A program made the position numbers and the translations under genes. Of a stretch of 41,936 nucleotides of DNA, positions 26,410 to 36,630 are shown in pieces; position 1 is the stretch's first letter; each line of letters starts with the position of its first letter. Where the stretch lies: the NCBI GenBank assembly GCA_037441285.1, contig JBBISL010000016.1:1-41936 (forward strand). The letters are read 5' to 3'. A model generated the notes under the pieces. That model had not been told where the DNA came from. It ran no database searches and saw only the letters and a program-made list of their open reading frames with translations. The stretch comes from a candidate division WOR-3 bacterium (GTDB lineage: Bacteria > Hydrothermota > Tepidihabitantia > Tepidihabitantales > Tepidihabitantaceae).

Positions 26410-27342
26410 TTAGGACAGTCGGCGCCGGCACTCAAGGTATTTGAGGAGCGCCTGGTCAAAGGGCGTGGCGAGGGACAGGGGTTGATAGTCAATATGGGCT
26501 TCGTTGCAACCCTTTTTGAACTCGGCGGTGCGCTGGCGAAAACCTTCCTGATAGCGGTTTTTGATGAGGCGGGGGTCGATGGTCAATTCGGCGCCGGTTT
26601 CCAAATCCCGCATCAAAAGCGGGGTGGGAAAGTTCAGGTTCGCTTCGTCGGGGTGGAAGATGTGGAACAGGAGGAGTTCGTGTTTGCGTGCCCGGAAGTG
26701 GCGCAAACCGGCAAGTACCTGGGTTTGGTCGTCCCAGAGGTCGGAGATGATGATGACAAGTCCGCGGCGTTTGAGTCGTTCGGCAAGCTGATGCAGGGTG
26801 TTGCCGAGGCTGGTGTCACCACCCGGTTTTGTGTTTTCCAGTTCCCGGAAGATGATGCGGAGGTGGGCACCGGTGGCGCGGGGCGGGATGTAGCGGTTGA
26901 TGCGGTCGGTGAAGATGACCAAGCCAACCGAGTCTTTCTGCCGGTTAAGAAGATAGGCAAGGCTGGCAGCAAGCCAGCGGCTGTAGTCCAGTTTGGTAAT
27001 GGTGCCCGGCGGGTAGTGCATTGAGCCTGAGGCGTCAAGGAGGAGGTAGGCGCGGAGGTTGGTTTCTTCTTCAAATTCGCGGATAAAGAAGCGGTCGGTT
27101 CTGCCATAGACACGCCAGTCGATGCGTTTCAGTTCATCGCCCGGCATATAGGGACGGTGTTCGGTAAATTCAACCGAGAAGCCCTTGTAAGGCGAGCGGT
27201 GCAACCCGGCAAGAAACCCTTCAACTACAAGTCGTGCCTTTAAATCAATGCCTTTGAGTTTCGCCACCAGTTCCGGTTTGAGCGCCCATTGGGCTGCGTC
27301 GTGTCGGTGATGTGTTGTTTCGGTTGACTTGCGCGTGAGCAC
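26410..27342 (-). CDS. DUF58 domain protein (MoxR-associated)
   Basis: GLHRSPYKGFSVEF.EHR.Y.PGD..RIDW, DASGSM, ISD. GTG 27342 chosen as start from promoter geometry. Confidence 0.9.
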   Translation of the reverse strand: MLTRKSTETTHHRHDAAQWALKPELVAKLKGIDLKARLVVEGFLAGLHRSPYKGFSVEFTEHRPYMPGDELKRIDWRVYGRTDRFFIREFEEETNLRAYLLLDASGSMHYPPGTITKLDYSRWLAASLAYLLNRQKDSVGLVIFTDRINRYIPPRATGAHLRIIFRELENTKPGGDTSLGNTLHQLAERLKRRGLVIIISDLWDDQTQVLAGLRHFRARKHELLLFHIFHPDEANLNFPTPLLMRDLETGAELTIDPRLIKNRYQEGFRQRTAEFKKGCNEAHIDYQPLSLATPFDQALLKYLECRRRLS

Positions 27343-27347
27343 AGAAC

Positions 27348-27375
27348 AGTGTAACCGGCGGCGGGTTGAAGTCAA
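27348..27375 (-). promoter_or_regulatory. sigma70 promoter, leaderless geometry
   Basis: TTGACT-N16-TACACT; in-frame GTG 5 nt downstream. Confidence 0.65.
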
Positions 27376-27411
27376 AATGGAGCAGAAGGGGGGTAACGCA
27401 GAAGAGCATCC

Positions 27412-27440
27412 TTGACCCGGGGCAGTTCCGCCGGTATAAG
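27412..27440 (+). promoter_or_regulatory. sigma70 promoter, leaderless geometry
   Basis: TTGACC-N17-TATAAG; ATG 5 nt downstream. Confidence 0.6.
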
Positions 27441-27445
27441 TAAGT

Positions 27446-27769
27446 ATGCGCCGTAAGAAACTGCGCCGGTTTCAAACGGTCAACGAGGCTTTGCCCCGGG
27501 TTTTGCGTCAGTTGGGGATGGAGGATAAGATGATTGTTTATCGTGCGGTTAGCGACTGGGAGTTGCTCGTGGGGGAATCGATTGCCCGCCATACGGTTGC
27601 GCTCGGGGTTGAGGATAGGACGCTGTTGGTGGCGGTTGATTCGCCGGCGTGGATGACCCAGTTGACCTTTCTTAAAGACCAGTTGCTTGAAAAGATTTGC
27701 CAGCATATCGGTTCGCGCCAGTTAACCGACATCAGGTTTTTTTTGAAACGGAGCGCGGACACCGCTTGA
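27446..27769 (+). CDS. DUF721/DciA-family protein
   Basis: W..LVGE.IA.HT....L.V.VDSPAW..QL..LK..LL.KI pattern; typical position upstream of gyrB. Confidence 0.85.
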   Translation: MRRKKLRRFQTVNEALPRVLRQLGMEDKMIVYRAVSDWELLVGESIARHTVALGVEDRTLLVAVDSPAWMTQLTFLKDQLLEKICQHIGSRQLTDIRFFLKRSADTA

Positions 27770-27793
27770 TTTTCTCGAAAGATTTGTTAGGAT
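27766..27793 (+). promoter_or_regulatory. sigma70 / extended -10 promoter of gyrB, leaderless geometry
   Basis: TTGATT-N16-TAGGAT with TGn extension; ATG 8 nt downstream. Confidence 0.55.
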
Positions 27794-27795
27794 AA

Positions 27796-29694
<1,899 letters not shown>

Positions 29695-29701
29695 GGGCAA
29701 T

Positions 29702-29733
29702 TCTGCCTGATTTTTCCGGAACTTTTGGGCAGA
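29702..29733 (+). terminator. Possible hairpin after gyrB
   Basis: TCTGCCTGA...TTGGGCAGA stem with G-U pairs; no clear U-tract. Confidence 0.3.
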
Positions 29734-29897
29734 TAGAACGGTTTCTCCATAATTTTTGACCCCAAAAGCTTAAAATTTTAACGCCCCAGTTTAATTGATA
29801 GCGGCTAAGTTTTGTACTGGTAAAGAGTTAGGAATTTAGCGGAAAAGTATACAGGGTTGACCATAGCGCCGTTAGGGGGATGGTATCAGGGTCGGCT

Positions 29898-31202
29898 TTA
29901 TGGGGTCAAACGGAAACGGTCGCGCGGAAAGAAACTTGCCTCACGGATGTTGTTTAATCCTAAGAACTGCTGGGTCAACCGTTCGGCACCAATCGCCAAA
30001 CCCCCATGGGGCGGCACCGCATACTGGAATATCTCAAGGTAGAAGGCGAACTTTTCCGGGTTCAGTCCGAAATGGCGGATGTTTTCCACCAACTGGTGGT
30101 AGTCGTGGATACGCTGGCTGCCGGTGGTGACTTCCAGTCCGCGGAAGAGCAGGTCAAAGCCAAAGGTGTATTCTGGGTCATCCGGGTCCCACATCGTATA
30201 AAAGGGCCGGGTTTGACGCGGGTAGTGGGTGACAAACAGGAATTCGGAGTTGTAGGTTTTCTGGGCGTAGTCGCACAGTTGCCGCTCGCCTTCCGGGTCA
30301 AGGTCGAGCATACTGGTGGTGTCTCGGCCATAGTCTTTACGCAGAACCTCAAGCGCATCCCGGAAGTGGATTTCCGGGATTTCGCTTACTTCGGGCAATC
30401 GGGCACCGAGGAGCTGAATTTCTTCGGCGCAGTTTTTTGCGAGGTTCGCCACCAGTTGTTTGAGGAACCGGTTTTCGAGTTGGGTGACATCACGATAGGA
30501 CTGGATAAAGCCCATCTCATAGTCAAGGGACAGGTATTCGTTGATGTGCCGGGAGGTGGCGTGGTCTTCAGCCCGATAGACAAAGCCAATCTCAAACACC
30601 CGTTCGTAGCCAGCGCCAACCAGCATCTGTTTGTAGAACTGGGGGCTCTGGGCAAGATACGCCTTCTGCTCAAAGTATTGAATCGGAAACAGGGCGGTGC
30701 CACCTTCGGTGCCGGCGGCAACAATCTTTGAGGTGTGGACTTCAAGAAAACCTTCCTGCCGGAGGAATTCGGCAAAGGTACGGACGATTTCGGCCTGAAC
30801 CTTGAACACGGCACCAAACTCCGGGTTGCGCAGGGCAAAGGCGCGGTGGTCTAAAATCATATCCAGTTTGAGGTTTAACTTCTTTTTGGAGCGGTTGACC
30901 TCAAAGGGCAGCGGGGCAACCGGTTCAATCAAAACTTTGAGTTCTTCCAGTTCCAGTTCGCAACCCTGCCGGGCTTGCGGTTCGGGTTTGACCGTGCCGA
31001 TGATTTCAACGATGGACTCGCGCTTGACATCGTTTAAGTGAAACTTTGCCGGGTCGGTGGTTACCGCCTGACAGATGCCGGTCCGGTCGCGCAGCAGAAG
31101 GAAGGTGATTTTGCCCACGGGCCGAATGTGGTGTGCCCAGCCTAAGAGCCGGACGCGCTGACCGATGCGGTTGGGAAGTTCCTTTGCCAGAGTTCGTTCC
31201 AT
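29898..31202 (-). CDS. aspS: Aspartyl-tRNA synthetase, short archaeal-type (AspRS2)
   Basis: 434 aa with no GAD insert; EGG..LF, YLAQSPQFYKQ, YRAE..RH.NEY..LD.EM, GSQRIH, PPHGG..IG.ER, FPRD. Confidence 0.9.
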   Translation of the reverse strand: MERTLAKELPNRIGQRVRLLGWAHHIRPVGKITFLLLRDRTGICQAVTTDPAKFHLNDVKRESIVEIIGTVKPEPQARQGCELELEELKVLIEPVAPLPFEVNRSKKKLNLKLDMILDHRAFALRNPEFGAVFKVQAEIVRTFAEFLRQEGFLEVHTSKIVAAGTEGGTALFPIQYFEQKAYLAQSPQFYKQMLVGAGYERVFEIGFVYRAEDHATSRHINEYLSLDYEMGFIQSYRDVTQLENRFLKQLVANLAKNCAEEIQLLGARLPEVSEIPEIHFRDALEVLRKDYGRDTTSMLDLDPEGERQLCDYAQKTYNSEFLFVTHYPRQTRPFYTMWDPDDPEYTFGFDLLFRGLEVTTGSQRIHDYHQLVENIRHFGLNPEKFAFYLEIFQYAVPPHGGLAIGAERLTQQFLGLNNIREASFFPRDRFRLTP

Positions 31203-31208
31203 AGAATC

Positions 31209-31236
31209 AATTTATTGAACCGTTTTGGAATGTCAA
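31209..31236 (-). promoter_or_regulatory. sigma70 promoter of aspS, leaderless geometry
   Basis: TTGACA-N16-TAAATT; ATG 6 nt downstream. Confidence 0.65.
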
Positions 31237-31253
31237 CAAGACGCCACGGTGGT

Positions 31254-31898
31254 TCAGGTGTGCAAAGGGCGTTCCCGGACAAGATAAATCCAGGGCAGGG
31301 AGATGAGGGTGCAGATGCCCTTGAGGATGACATTTGCCCAGAAGATGCTTATTACGACAAAGAAGGGCATCCGGCCGATGAAGGCAAGCGAACAGAAGAG
31401 CGCCGAATCTAAGGGCACGCTTACCGAGTTGGAGATGAGTACCCGTAACCATTGACGCCGGTACCCAACCCGATTTACCCATAACTGGTAGATTTCGCCA
31501 TCCACCAGTTCGGCGGCGACCTCGGCGATGATTGAGGCGATGACGATGCGCCAGACCGGCGAGAGTACGGTGCCAAACTCCAGTTGCGGACCGACCTGCG
31601 GGTCCGGGGGCAAACGGGCAACAAGATAGAAGAGCGCCGCCATAAACAGGTTGATTACGCCGGCGGCGACAACAACGCGGCGCGCGGTGCGGATGCCGGC
31701 GGTTTTATGGACAAGGTCACGCAGGGTGAAGGTAAAGGGGTAAATCAAGGTGCCGGCGTCGATGCTGAAGCCGAGGAGAAAGACGATGCGCAGGCTGGCG
31801 ATGTCGGAGAGAATCTGGGCGGCGATGTAGGCGGCGGTGACCAGGGCGACGGCGGTGAAGGCTGATTCCGGGGTCCGGGATTGGGGGTTTTCCGCCAT
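31254..31898 (-). CDS. Queuosine precursor transporter (YhhQ/VUT family)
   Basis: G..IYPFTF.L.D, RIVIAS..A, D, WLR..ISN.VS..LDS..F; several TM helices. Confidence 0.85.
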   Translation of the reverse strand: MAENPQSRTPESAFTAVALVTAAYIAAQILSDIASLRIVFLLGFSIDAGTLIYPFTFTLRDLVHKTAGIRTARRVVVAAGVINLFMAALFYLVARLPPDPQVGPQLEFGTVLSPVWRIVIASIIAEVAAELVDGEIYQLWVNRVGYRRQWLRVLISNSVSVPLDSALFCSLAFIGRMPFFVVISIFWANVILKGICTLISLPWIYLVRERPLHT

Positions 31899-31907
31899 AG
31901 GTAGATG

Positions 31908-31976
31908 ACAATAGGGGAATTACCGATATTGTCAATATCAGCGGATGCTTGACTCTGTTTGAGGGCGGTTTATCCT
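31908..31976. promoter_or_regulatory. Divergent promoters with a 15-bp palindrome
   Basis: Minus strand: TTGACA(31935)-N16-TATTGT. Plus strand: TTGACT(31949)-N16-TATCCT. GATATTG-T-CAATATC at 31925-31939. Confidence 0.6.
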
Positions 31977-32007
31977 TATTTGATGAGAAAAAAAGCGGCA
32001 GGATGCG

Positions 32008-33375
32008 ATGAAGGTTGATTATTCGGAAACAGCAACTTTGGGTGCGATGGTGCCGGTAACACCGGCGCGGATGCTGACGCCGGCGGAGATTGTGGCGGAA
32101 CTGGACCGGTATATCGTGGGTCAGCACAAGGCGAAGCGAGCGGTGGCGATTGCCCTGCGCAACCGCTGGCGCCGGCAACAGGTGCCGGAACGGCTGCGCG
32201 AGGAAATTCTGCCCAACAACATCATCCTCATTGGACCAACCGGCGTCGGTAAGACCGAGATTGCCCGGCGTCTTGCCCGATTGGCGCAGGCACCATTTGT
32301 CAAGGTTGAGGCGTCCAAGTTTACCGAGGTCGGCTATGTGGGCCGGGATGTGGATTCAATGATTCGGGATTTGATGGAGATTGGCGTCAATATGGTGCGG
32401 GCGGAGAAGGCGCGGGAGGTGCAAGGTCGGGCCGAGGCGCTGGCCGAGGAGAAACTTTTGAAACTGCTCCTGCCCGATGATGAGGTGCGGGCACCAGTCG
32501 CCCGGGAGCGGTTAAGGGAGAAGTTGCGCGCCGGCGAACTGGATAGCCGGATGGTGGAAATAAAGTCAACCACGACCACTTTTCCCTTTGCCGATGCGCT
32601 GGCGCCGCTGGGCGGCGAGGAGATATTGATTCAGTTGCAGGACATCTTAGGTCCGACACTGCCCAAGCAGACAAAGCGGCGCCGGCTGACCGTTGCCGAG
32701 GCGAAGCGGGTGCTGGTTCAGGAGGAGGCGCAGAAGTTAATCGATATGGATGAGGTTGTTGCCGAGGCGAAGCGTCGGGTGGAGCAGAGCGGGATTGTGT
32801 TTATTGATGAGATTGACAAGGTGGTGAGCACGACGCCTTCCAGTTCTGGACCGGATGTGTCAAGGGAAGGGGTGCAGCGCGACCTGCTGCCGGTGGTGGA
32901 AGGGTCCAGTGTTTTGACCAAGTACGGGATGGTGCGGACCGACCACATCCTGTTCATTGCCGCCGGCGCCTTCCACAAGGTCAAGCCGTCCGATATGATA
33001 CCGGAACTGCAGGGCCGATTTCCAATTCGGGTGGAGTTGCAGCCGCTGACCGCAAACGATTTTAAGCGGATTCTGATTGAGCCGGAGAATGCGCTCGTCA
33101 AGCAGTACACCGCCCTGCTTGCGGCCGAGGGGGTGAAGTTGACATTTACCCGGGCGGCAATTGATGCGGTTGCCGAGATTGCCTTTCGGGTGAACAGTGA
33201 AACCGAAAACATCGGTGCCCGGCGTCTGCATACGGTGATGACCACGCTGCTTGAGGACATCCTGTTTGAGTTGCCCAATCCCAAAACCCGGGCGGTGCGG
33301 ATTGATGCCGGCTATGTGCAGCGCCGGCTCAAAGACATAGTTGCCAGCAAGGATTTAAGTCGCTATATTTTATAA
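32008..33375 (+). CDS. hslU: ATP-dependent protease ATPase subunit HslU
   Basis: [49 protein letters not shown]-terminal DLSRYIL. Start uncertain. Confidence 0.96.
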   Translation: MKVDYSETATLGAMVPVTPARMLTPAEIVAELDRYIVGQHKAKRAVAIALRNRWRRQQVPERLREEILPNNIILIGPTGVGKTEIARRLARLAQAPFVKVEASKFTEVGYVGRDVDSMIRDLMEIGVNMVRAEKAREVQGRAEALAEEKLLKLLLPDDEVRAPVARERLREKLRAGELDSRMVEIKSTTTTFPFADALAPLGGEEILIQLQDILGPTLPKQTKRRRLTVAEAKRVLVQEEAQKLIDMDEVVAEAKRRVEQSGIVFIDEIDKVVSTTPSSSGPDVSREGVQRDLLPVVEGSSVLTKYGMVRTDHILFIAAGAFHKVKPSDMIPELQGRFPIRVELQPLTANDFKRILIEPENALVKQYTALLAAEGVKLTFTRAAIDAVAEIAFRVNSETENIGARRLHTVMTTLLEDILFELPNPKTRAVRIDAGYVQRRLKDIVASKDLSRYIL

Positions 33376-33377
33376 TT

Positions 33378-34304
33378 ATGAAGAAAGACTTAACATCAAT
33401 TGCCGATTTAACCAGAGAAGAGATTGTGGCGCTCCTGGACGAGGCGGAGCGGTTGAAGGCAGCGGTGCAAAAGGATAAGGTGCTTACCAACGCCCGGGGC
33501 AAGATGGGGGTTTTGATTTTTGAGAAGCCCAGTTTGCGCACCCGGGTGACATTTGAGCGGGCGTTGCATCAGCTGGGCGCGACCAGCACCTATTTGAGTC
33601 CGACCGATATCGGACTCGGAACCAGGGAGAGTGTGCCTGATGTTGCCCGGAACCTTTCCCGCTGGGTGGATGTGATTATCGCCCGGGTTTTTGAGCATGA
33701 GAAGGTAACCGGGCTGGCACAGGCGGCAAACATTCCGGTTATCAACGCCCTTTCCGACCTTGAGCACCCCTGCCAGATTCTTGCCGACCTTTTGACGATT
33801 CGCCAGCACTATGGCCGGCTTGAAGGCGTAACCGTTGCCTGGACCGGTGATGGCAACAATGTGTGCCACTCTCTGCTTCTTGCCGCGGGCATTGTCGGGT
33901 TCAATCTCAATGTGGCGACACCGAAGGGGTTTGAGCCGAATTCCGAGATTAGCGCCCAGAGCCTGGGGTATGCGGCAAAGAGCGGGGCACGGCTGAAGTT
34001 TACCTATGACCCGTGTGAGGCGGTGGCAGATGCCGATTTCATCTATACCGATGTCTGGGCTTCAATGGGGCAGGAGGATGAGGCGGCGCCGCGGCGTCAG
34101 ATATTCAAACCGTATCAGGTCAATCGCACCCTGTTGACCAGGGCAAAGCCCACGACCAAGGTTTTGCACTGTCTGCCGGCACATCGGGGTGAAGAGATTA
34201 CCGATGATGTGCTGGATGGACCCCAGGCGATTGTTTATGACCAGGCAGAAAATCGGTTGCACATTCAAAGGGCGATTCTTGCCCGTTTATTGAAAGATGG
34301 GTGA
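33378..34304 (+). CDS. argF: Ornithine carbamoyltransferase
   Basis: FEKPSLRTR, HPCQ, GDGNNV, DVWASMG, HCLP, AENRLH. Confidence 0.93.
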   Translation: MKKDLTSIADLTREEIVALLDEAERLKAAVQKDKVLTNARGKMGVLIFEKPSLRTRVTFERALHQLGATSTYLSPTDIGLGTRESVPDVARNLSRWVDVIIARVFEHEKVTGLAQAANIPVINALSDLEHPCQILADLLTIRQHYGRLEGVTVAWTGDGNNVCHSLLLAAGIVGFNLNVATPKGFEPNSEISAQSLGYAAKSGARLKFTYDPCEAVADADFIYTDVWASMGQEDEAAPRRQIFKPYQVNRTLLTRAKPTTKVLHCLPAHRGEEITDDVLDGPQAIVYDQAENRLHIQRAILARLLKDG

Positions 34305-35217
34305 GCCTGAGGTACTGATTGTTGGTGCCGGTCCCGCCGGGATGACCGCGGGCATCTATGCCGCTCGCGCCGGCCGGCGGACCGTTTTGATTGAAAGTGA
34401 ACTGGTTGGTGGTCAGGTGGCAAAGACCGCGATTGTGGAAAACTATCCGGGGTTTGCGGAGCCGATTGAGGCGGTGGAACTGGTGGCGCGGATGGAGGCG
34501 CAGGCACGGCGGTTTGGCTGCCAGTTTGAAACCGGTGAGGTTACCGGAATTGACCGCAGCGCCCAGGGTCTGGAGGTGAAGACAACAATCGGTAATTTTA
34601 ATCCCGGCGCGGTAATCATCTGCACCGGCACCAGACCGAGACCGCTCGGTGTTGAGGGTGAGGAGCGGTTTGTGGGCAGGGGGATATCGTACTGCGCGAT
34701 ATGTGATGGACCTCTGTTTCGGGACCAGGCGGTGGCGGTGGTGGGCGGCGGTGATTCGGCGCTTGCCGAGGCGAACTATCTAACCCGTTTCTGCTCCCGG
34801 GTGTATCTGATTCACCGCCGGGATGAGTTTCGGGCGGCAAAGGTGTGTCAGGAACGGACCAGACAGAACCCGAAGATTGAACTGCTCCTTTCCCGCGTCG
34901 TTACCAAGTTCAATGGTACCAACCGGCTGGAGAGTCTGGAGATAAAGGATTTGAAAAACGGCGCGGTGACGAGCTTGCCGGTCGCGGCGCTTTTTATCTA
35001 TGTCGGGCTGGCACCCAACACCGCCTGGTGTCAGGGGATGCTTAACCTTGACGAAGCCGGCTTTATCATCACCGATGAGAATTTACAGACCTCTCTACCC
35101 GGGGTCTTTGCCGCCGGTGATGTCCGGCGCAAAGCGCTACGCCAGATTGCGACCGCGGTGGGTGATGGTGCCCTGGCAGCGATGATGGCACACGACTATT
35201 TAAACCAGCAGGGATAA
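34297..35217 (+). CDS. trxB: Thioredoxin reductase
   Basis: GAGPAG, ENYPG, CAIC-DG, GGGDSA, HRRDEFRA, AAGD. Confidence 0.94.
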   Translation: MGEPEVLIVGAGPAGMTAGIYAARAGRRTVLIESELVGGQVAKTAIVENYPGFAEPIEAVELVARMEAQARRFGCQFETGEVTGIDRSAQGLEVKTTIGNFNPGAVIICTGTRPRPLGVEGEERFVGRGISYCAICDGPLFRDQAVAVVGGGDSALAEANYLTRFCSRVYLIHRRDEFRAAKVCQERTRQNPKIELLLSRVVTKFNGTNRLESLEIKDLKNGAVTSLPVAALFIYVGLAPNTAWCQGMLNLDEAGFIITDENLQTSLPGVFAAGDVRRKALRQIATAVGDGALAAMMAHDYLNQQG

Positions 35218-35244
35218 GAACGCAACCCGTTACCCCTATTTTGC

Positions 35245-35272
35245 TTGACTCAGGCGGTGGGCGGTTTATTAT
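35245..35272 (+). promoter_or_regulatory. sigma70 promoter, leaderless geometry
   Basis: TTGACT-N16-TATTAT; ATG 6 nt downstream. Confidence 0.65.
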
Positions 35273-35278
35273 TCGGCG

Positions 35279-35986
35279 ATGCGCATTCTCGGTTTCATCC
35301 CGACTTCACTCGTGGACTGGGATGGCAAAATCACCTCGGTGATTTTTATCGGTGGCTGCAACTTTGTCTGCCCTTTCTGTCATAACAGTTCCATCGCCAA
35401 CGACGACCCAAGCCTGCCGCAGATTACCTGGGATGAACTCAAGCCCGAACTGGAGCGGAAACTGGGCTGGCTCGATGGCGTTGTCGTAACCGGTGGGGAA
35501 CCGTTAATGCATCCCGAGATATTTCAGTTGTGTGCCGATATCAAGCGGCTGGGGTTGAAGGTGAAACTGGACACCAATGGTTCGTTCCCCTATGCCCTGA
35601 AGCGGGCGCTGGCTTTGCAACTGGTTGATTTTGTGGCGATGGACATCAAGGCGCCCCTCAATGAGCGGTATTCCATCGCCAGCGGTCGGGACCTGCCCAA
35701 CCTGGCACCGTTGCGCCGTTCCATCAGACTGCTCTTGCAATCGGACAAGGAGGTTGAGTTCCGGATTACGCTGGTGCCCGGTCTGGTTGAGAAGGGTGAT
35801 ATGGCGGAGATTGGTACCGTTTTGAAGGGGGCAAAAAGGGTGGTGTTGCAGCAGTTTGTACCCGAGAATGCCCGTTCTGAGAGTTATCGAAAGAAAAATC
35901 CTTATTCCCGGTCTGATGCCGAAGAGATGCAAAAAGCGTTGAGCCGTTTTGTCAGCGAGGTCAGACTGCGGGGCAGATTTCTCTGA
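35279..35986 (+). CDS. Anaerobic ribonucleotide reductase activase-like radical SAM protein (NrdG2-type)
   Basis: SLVDW.G, CNFVCPFCHN, TGGEP, KLDTNG, AMDIKAP. Confidence 0.85.
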   Translation: MRILGFIPTSLVDWDGKITSVIFIGGCNFVCPFCHNSSIANDDPSLPQITWDELKPELERKLGWLDGVVVTGGEPLMHPEIFQLCADIKRLGLKVKLDTNGSFPYALKRALALQLVDFVAMDIKAPLNERYSIASGRDLPNLAPLRRSIRLLLQSDKEVEFRITLVPGLVEKGDMAEIGTVLKGAKRVVLQQFVPENARSESYRKKNPYSRSDAEEMQKALSRFVSEVRLRGRFL

Positions 35987-36621
35987 AATTCAATCCCGAA
36001 AACCTGTTCAAATCCGGCGATGACCGCCGCGCGGACAAGAGGCATTGCCGTTTTCCCGCCGCAGCGTTCGACCGTGGTCATTACCGACGGATTTAACCCG
36101 CAGGGGTTGATGAGTTGAAAACCGGCGAGGTCGCCTTTGACATTGAGGGCAAAGCCGTGCAGGGTGATGTGCTCCTTTACCGCAATGCCCAGGGAGGCGA
36201 TTTTTTTGCCCTGGACCCAGACCCCAATCTGTTTCGGTTTTACACCGGCGTCAACCCCGACTTTTTTCAGGGCGAGGATTAGCGCCTGTTCCACCCCTTC
36301 AACAAAACGGCGGACACCAAGGAGCCCGGCGCGCAAATGAAAAATCGGGTAGCCGATTAGTTGTCCAGGACCGTGATAGGTGATGTCACCGCCCCGCTCA
36401 ATCTGATAAACTTTTATACCCCGGCGGTCAAGTTCCGGTTCTGAGACCCGAAGGTTGGTTTTGTTTGCCCGGCGGCCAAGGGTGATGACCGGCGGGTGTT
36501 CAAGGAGCAGAAGGGTGTCACCAATTGCGCCCTGCTTTCGCAACTGGTGCAGTTCGGTTTGGAGGTTGAGCGCCGATTGGTAGTCTACCGAACCGAGTTG
36601 AATCAGAAGCGCCGGTTCCAT
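35902..36621 (-). CDS. lipB: Lipoyl(octanoyl) transferase
   Basis: LEHPPVITLG, RGGDITYHGPGQ, KIASLG, HGFALN, INPCG. Confidence 0.95.
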   Translation of the reverse strand: MEPALLIQLGSVDYQSALNLQTELHQLRKQGAIGDTLLLLEHPPVITLGRRANKTNLRVSEPELDRRGIKVYQIERGGDITYHGPGQLIGYPIFHLRAGLLGVRRFVEGVEQALILALKKVGVDAGVKPKQIGVWVQGKKIASLGIAVKEHITLHGFALNVKGDLAGFQLINPCGLNPSVMTTVERCGGKTAMPLVRAAVIAGFEQVFGIEFQRNLPRSLTSLTKRLNAFCISSASDRE

Positions 36622-36630
36622 TTCATCTGT

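Noticed and set aside
29805..29831. Imperfect palindrome CTAAGTTTT-N9-AAGAGTTAG (and TTAAAATTTTAA at 29770) as a dif site
   Set aside because: Does not match the XerD arm TTATGTTAAAT, and AT-rich palindromes arise easily by chance.
31899..31990. preQ1 riboswitch upstream of the queuosine transporter
   Set aside because: No stem/A-rich tail pattern, and promoter geometry leaves essentially no 5' UTR.
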